Shown piece after piece: positions 59,562 through 62,196 of a stretch of 62,196 nt of DNA; position 1 is the first letter of the stretch, and the number at the start of each line of letters is the position of its first letter. Below the pieces are notes generated by a model that saw only the letters and a list, made by a program, of their open reading frames with translations, was not told the origin of the DNA and searched no databases. The stretch is from Candidatus Saccharibacteria bacterium UBA6209. Lineage in GTDB: Bacteria; Patescibacteriota; Saccharimonadia; Saccharimonadales; Saccharimonadaceae. The stretch covers positions 1-62,196 of the forward strand of contig CAJPKE010000001.1 of assembly GCA_905370345.1 (NCBI GenBank). The letters run 5' to 3'. The position numbers and the translations under genes were made by a program.

Positions 59562-59657
59562 CATTTCAACCACTCTTACAGTGACTGTCTGACTGGTGTT
59601 TTCTCGATTCGTAAAAGTGACTTCGTCTCCGAGTTGGATTTTTTGGCACTTTTCATT
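59562..59657 (-). pseudogene. Internal fragment of a second ASCH gene
   Basis: NEKCQKIQLGDEVTFTNRENTSQTVTVRVVEM aligns with DTKRQKIQIGDWIIFTNRDNSEQTVTAEVVGL of 58460-58801. Confidence 0.8.
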
Positions 59658-59709
59658 GTTCACAGTATGCCACATTGACCAAATATTGCCTCTTCATTAC
59701 AATTGAAAT

Positions 59710-60129
59710 GTGGTTAAAGCAGTATCAAAAGCGCTTATTAAGAATAAAAATGGTAAATATCTACTGCTTTATAGGGGAGATACGCACCCTAATTTCCCTG
59801 GACATCTTGACCTTCCTGGAGGAGAAGTAGAATCGGAAGAGACCTCTAAGACGGCGACTGCACGAGAAGTACAGGAAGAAACTGGCATATGTATATATCC
59901 AAATGACTTAAAAAAGCTATTTGTTAGACAGCACAAAAACACAAGACATGTACTTTTTGAGATAGTCATAGATAAGACTGAGACCGACATTCCTATTAAA
60001 TTGAGCTGGGAGCATAAAAAATACCGTTGGATGACGCTATCGGAATTATTAGATACTAATATTCCAGAGGGCGCAGATCCTTATTATATAGATGTTATTG
60101 ATTATTTAAAGCATTTATCCGAGACTTGA
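59710..60129 (+). CDS. NUDIX hydrolase
   Basis: PGGEVESEE....TAREVQEETG, LSWEH. Confidence 0.88.
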   Translation: MVKAVSKALIKNKNGKYLLLYRGDTHPNFPGHLDLPGGEVESEETSKTATAREVQEETGICIYPNDLKKLFVRQHKNTRHVLFEIVIDKTETDIPIKLSWEHKKYRWMTLSELLDTNIPEGADPYYIDVIDYLKHLSET

Positions 60130-60195
60130 TCCATCCGACCTGAACTCGAGCGCCGTTTGGCATATCACTGATGAACTTATAACATTATTCGACTA

Positions 60196-60696
60196 TTAGC
60201 GGATGCGAGATTGCGAAATATACGCCTGTAAAATTGTTTTTAGATCCACACTGTGGCGAAAGTTTATATCGTCAATCTTATCCAGATCAACCCACTCTGG
60301 CGTACCGTTAGTGTAGGTCTTCTCGCTGTCGGTTATATTGTCGTTATCTATTTTTCCATGCAGTTGACTATGGGTAAAATACAGCTGAATCGACTGGTTA
60401 GCTTGCGACTCAGCGTTGCGCTTGAAGAAAGTGGTTGCTTGGTGAATAATTCTATCTGGCGTGATAGTCAGTCCAGTCTCTTCCTTAACTTCGCGGACAA
60501 TTGACTCCTCGATCGTTTCGCCCTTCTCGACACCGCCGCCAATTAGGCTATAACCGTCCCATTGCCGAGTTAAAAGAATATTATTATCCTCAATAATAAC
60601 CGCGTACACGCCGACGCGAATATTCAGTTCGTCAACAGGAACGGTGTATTGATTGCCGAAGACGTCTTTACAGATGATAGATTTAATAAAAGTCAC
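60196..60696 (-). CDS. NUDIX hydrolase (start uncertain)
   Basis: GGGVEKGETIEESIVREVKEETG; TATAAT at 60711-60706 suggests a start at GTG 60696 rather than TTG 60747. Confidence 0.85.
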   Translation of the reverse strand: MTFIKSIICKDVFGNQYTVPVDELNIRVGVYAVIIEDNNILLTRQWDGYSLIGGGVEKGETIEESIVREVKEETGLTITPDRIIHQATTFFKRNAESQANQSIQLYFTHSQLHGKIDNDNITDSEKTYTNGTPEWVDLDKIDDINFRHSVDLKTILQAYISQSRIR

Positions 60697-60805
60697 CTCT
60701 TTCAGATTATAAGCATCCCCTTGTTTATAATATCGTGCGGATGTCAATTATGATCTTTATTTTAGCATGGGCGGGCGGGAAATTACTATGTTTTACCGCA
60801 ACTCT

Positions 60806-61396
60806 CTAGATATTACTGTTGTTTTTATAGCCTGCCTTTTTTAGCAGATTATACATCTTGTCTAATGGCAGTCCTAATGCGCCCATATATGAACCTTCAA
60901 TTTTCTCAATCAACGCAAATCCCGCCGAATCAACATGAAAACCAAGCGCAGCATTACGACGGTTCGGATTGTAATTATGAGCGTTATCTAACATCGCCGC
61001 GTTAAAATTCATATATGCTATCTTTGTTTCCGTACTGTCAGTAAACGTTTTTCCTCGATTTATCACGCAGACGCCAGTGTAGATAGTTGTAGTTTTACCC
61101 GATTGGCTCAAACACATTTTCATCTTTTCGGTAGCGGTTTTCGCTTTATGCAAGCGCGAACCGTCAGGCAAAACACCGAATGTATCAGCAGCAACAATAC
61201 AGTCGTCGGGATACAACTTGGCAAGAGCTTCTGCCTTTGAACGCGCCAACAGAATAGCAGTCCCTCTTGCATCTAGCTCTGGGTGAGATTTCTCTATAGC
61301 TCGCTCATCAATATTAGCGCTAATAGCCTCGTAAGCTAGCCCGCTTCTATCCATGATCATGCGCTTAGTCGGCGATTCGGTGGCAAGTATTAGCAT
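60806..61396 (-). CDS. Maf family nucleoside triphosphate pyrophosphatase
   Basis: LILATESP, NIDE, SKA, AADT, SGK, IEGSY..ALGLPL. Confidence 0.85.
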   Translation of the reverse strand: MLILATESPTKRMIMDRSGLAYEAISANIDERAIEKSHPELDARGTAILLARSKAEALAKLYPDDCIVAADTFGVLPDGSRLHKAKTATEKMKMCLSQSGKTTTIYTGVCVINRGKTFTDSTETKIAYMNFNAAMLDNAHNYNPNRRNAALGFHVDSAGFALIEKIEGSYMGALGLPLDKMYNLLKKAGYKNNSNI

Positions 61397-61433
61397 GCTT
61401 TATCCTCCTTTTGAAAATCTTTTAATGATGGGA

Positions 61434-61964
61434 TCATTTATTTTTACTTATCGTTGCTTTTAATCCTGCTAATTCCCTAGCTCGCTCAAACAAATGCACG
61501 TATTCTTTAGATGTGCCTGACTGAACTAGCTTAATAGCTTGCTGGAGATTATCACACCAAACAATTGAGCAGCCGTGCAACTCTTCTTCGTCAATCCAAG
61601 CGCTTTTGCCGATCGTTCCATAAACATGTGCGGTAAAATAATGCTGATTACAATCCTCGTTATATGCCGACAAATGTGATTGTACAACACCCAAATAGTA
61701 GATATCTGTAATATTTGCTCCAACCTCTTCCTTAATTTCACGGCGAACAGTCTGTTCTAAGCTCTCACCTACTTCTACATTACCTCCAGGCAGTTTGTAA
61801 TGATTATATTTGTGCTCATATACTAGAGCAATACGACTATCATTATCAAACAAAATCGCCCGCGCACCGGTACGGATTGATTTTTCTGCGCCTGATAATG
61901 GTGTTTGCAAACCAATAGTTTGGTCATTTATAGTTGACAAAAGACAATTAGAATCCATACTCAT
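61434..61964 (-). CDS. NUDIX hydrolase
   Basis: YKLPGGNVEVGESLEQTVRREIKEEVG. Confidence 0.88.
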   Translation of the reverse strand: MSMDSNCLLSTINDQTIGLQTPLSGAEKSIRTGARAILFDNDSRIALVYEHKYNHYKLPGGNVEVGESLEQTVRREIKEEVGANITDIYYLGVVQSHLSAYNEDCNQHYFTAHVYGTIGKSAWIDEEELHGCSIVWCDNLQQAIKLVQSGTSKEYVHLFERARELAGLKATISKNK

Positions 61965-62196
61965 CTCTTAGTTCCCTTATTTTTGCTAAATAACTATTAT
62001 CTACTGATCCGTCTGGTAATATTTTTGACAACAGAGCTGCACCTTCAGTTATCTCATTCCAAGTCGTGATAGGAGTAAAGGGGTACATTCCTTGAATATC
62101 TCTAAAATGCTTACCTTCAGGAATACTTTCACGAGTAGACACATCCCATCTGACCACAACGGGAGGAATATACGGCTTATCTATTTGCTCTTGAAT
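61948..62196 (-). CDS. 3' end of an unidentified protein (partial)
   Basis: Frame open to the window edge; overlaps the start of the NUDIX gene. Confidence 0.6.
   Translation of the reverse strand: MQEQIDKPYIPPVVVRWDVSTRESIPEGKHFRDIQGMYPFTPITTWNEITEGAALLSKILPDGSVDNSYLAKIRELRDEYGF

Noticed and set aside
60168..60220. CTGATGA followed later by GAAA (possible second hammerhead)
   Set aside because: No stem II pairing between the core halves and no stems I/III
60685..60699. Non-canonical ATT start after GAGGTG for the NUDIX gene
   Set aside because: An in-frame GTG at 60696, 9 nt after TATAAT, explains the start equally well
56650..62196. Integron cassette array or prophage
   Set aside because: Mixed gene orientation, no repeated attC-like sites, no integrase or phage genes in the window
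1..62196. CRISPR array, tRNA, rRNA, IS transposase
   Set aside because: No regularly spaced repeats, cloverleafs, rRNA signatures or transposase motifs seen

Overview
Compact bacterial chromosome segment, inferred to be Candidatus Saccharibacteria (TM7, Patescibacteria/CPR) from gene content, very short spacers and leaderless promoters. Bases 1-56.6 kb are mostly housekeeping genes, mainly on the minus strand: recG, tyrS, PBP1A, radA, clpC, nusA, pepN, an rnhB-yraN fusion, rplS, a pilB-like ATPase, dnaE, galU, gatCAB, uvrB, pentose-phosphate/glycolysis genes, a rel homologue, ppa, trxB and pheT. From 56.65 kb to the end is a patchwork island of small genes, gene relics and nucleotide-hydrolase families (ASCH, CYTH, three NUDIX, Maf). 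The most unusual signal is four dispersed, self-contained + strand expression cassettes at about 21.4, 29.4, 45.3 and 48.6 kb. They share TTGAC(A/T)-17 bp-TGn/-10, a transcript start A(G/A)CTTT that folds into a 5' hairpin, a structured leader, a purine-rich SD, an unrelated orphan ORF and a long 3' stem. The first cassette ends in a type III hammerhead ribozyme fold (22053-22109), which appears gated by a long-range leader-trailer duplex. A candidate structured ncRNA of about 190 nt lies at 2220-2412. No rRNA, tRNA, CRISPR array, transposase or integrase was recognised. All structures were paired by eye; no folding or database searches were run.
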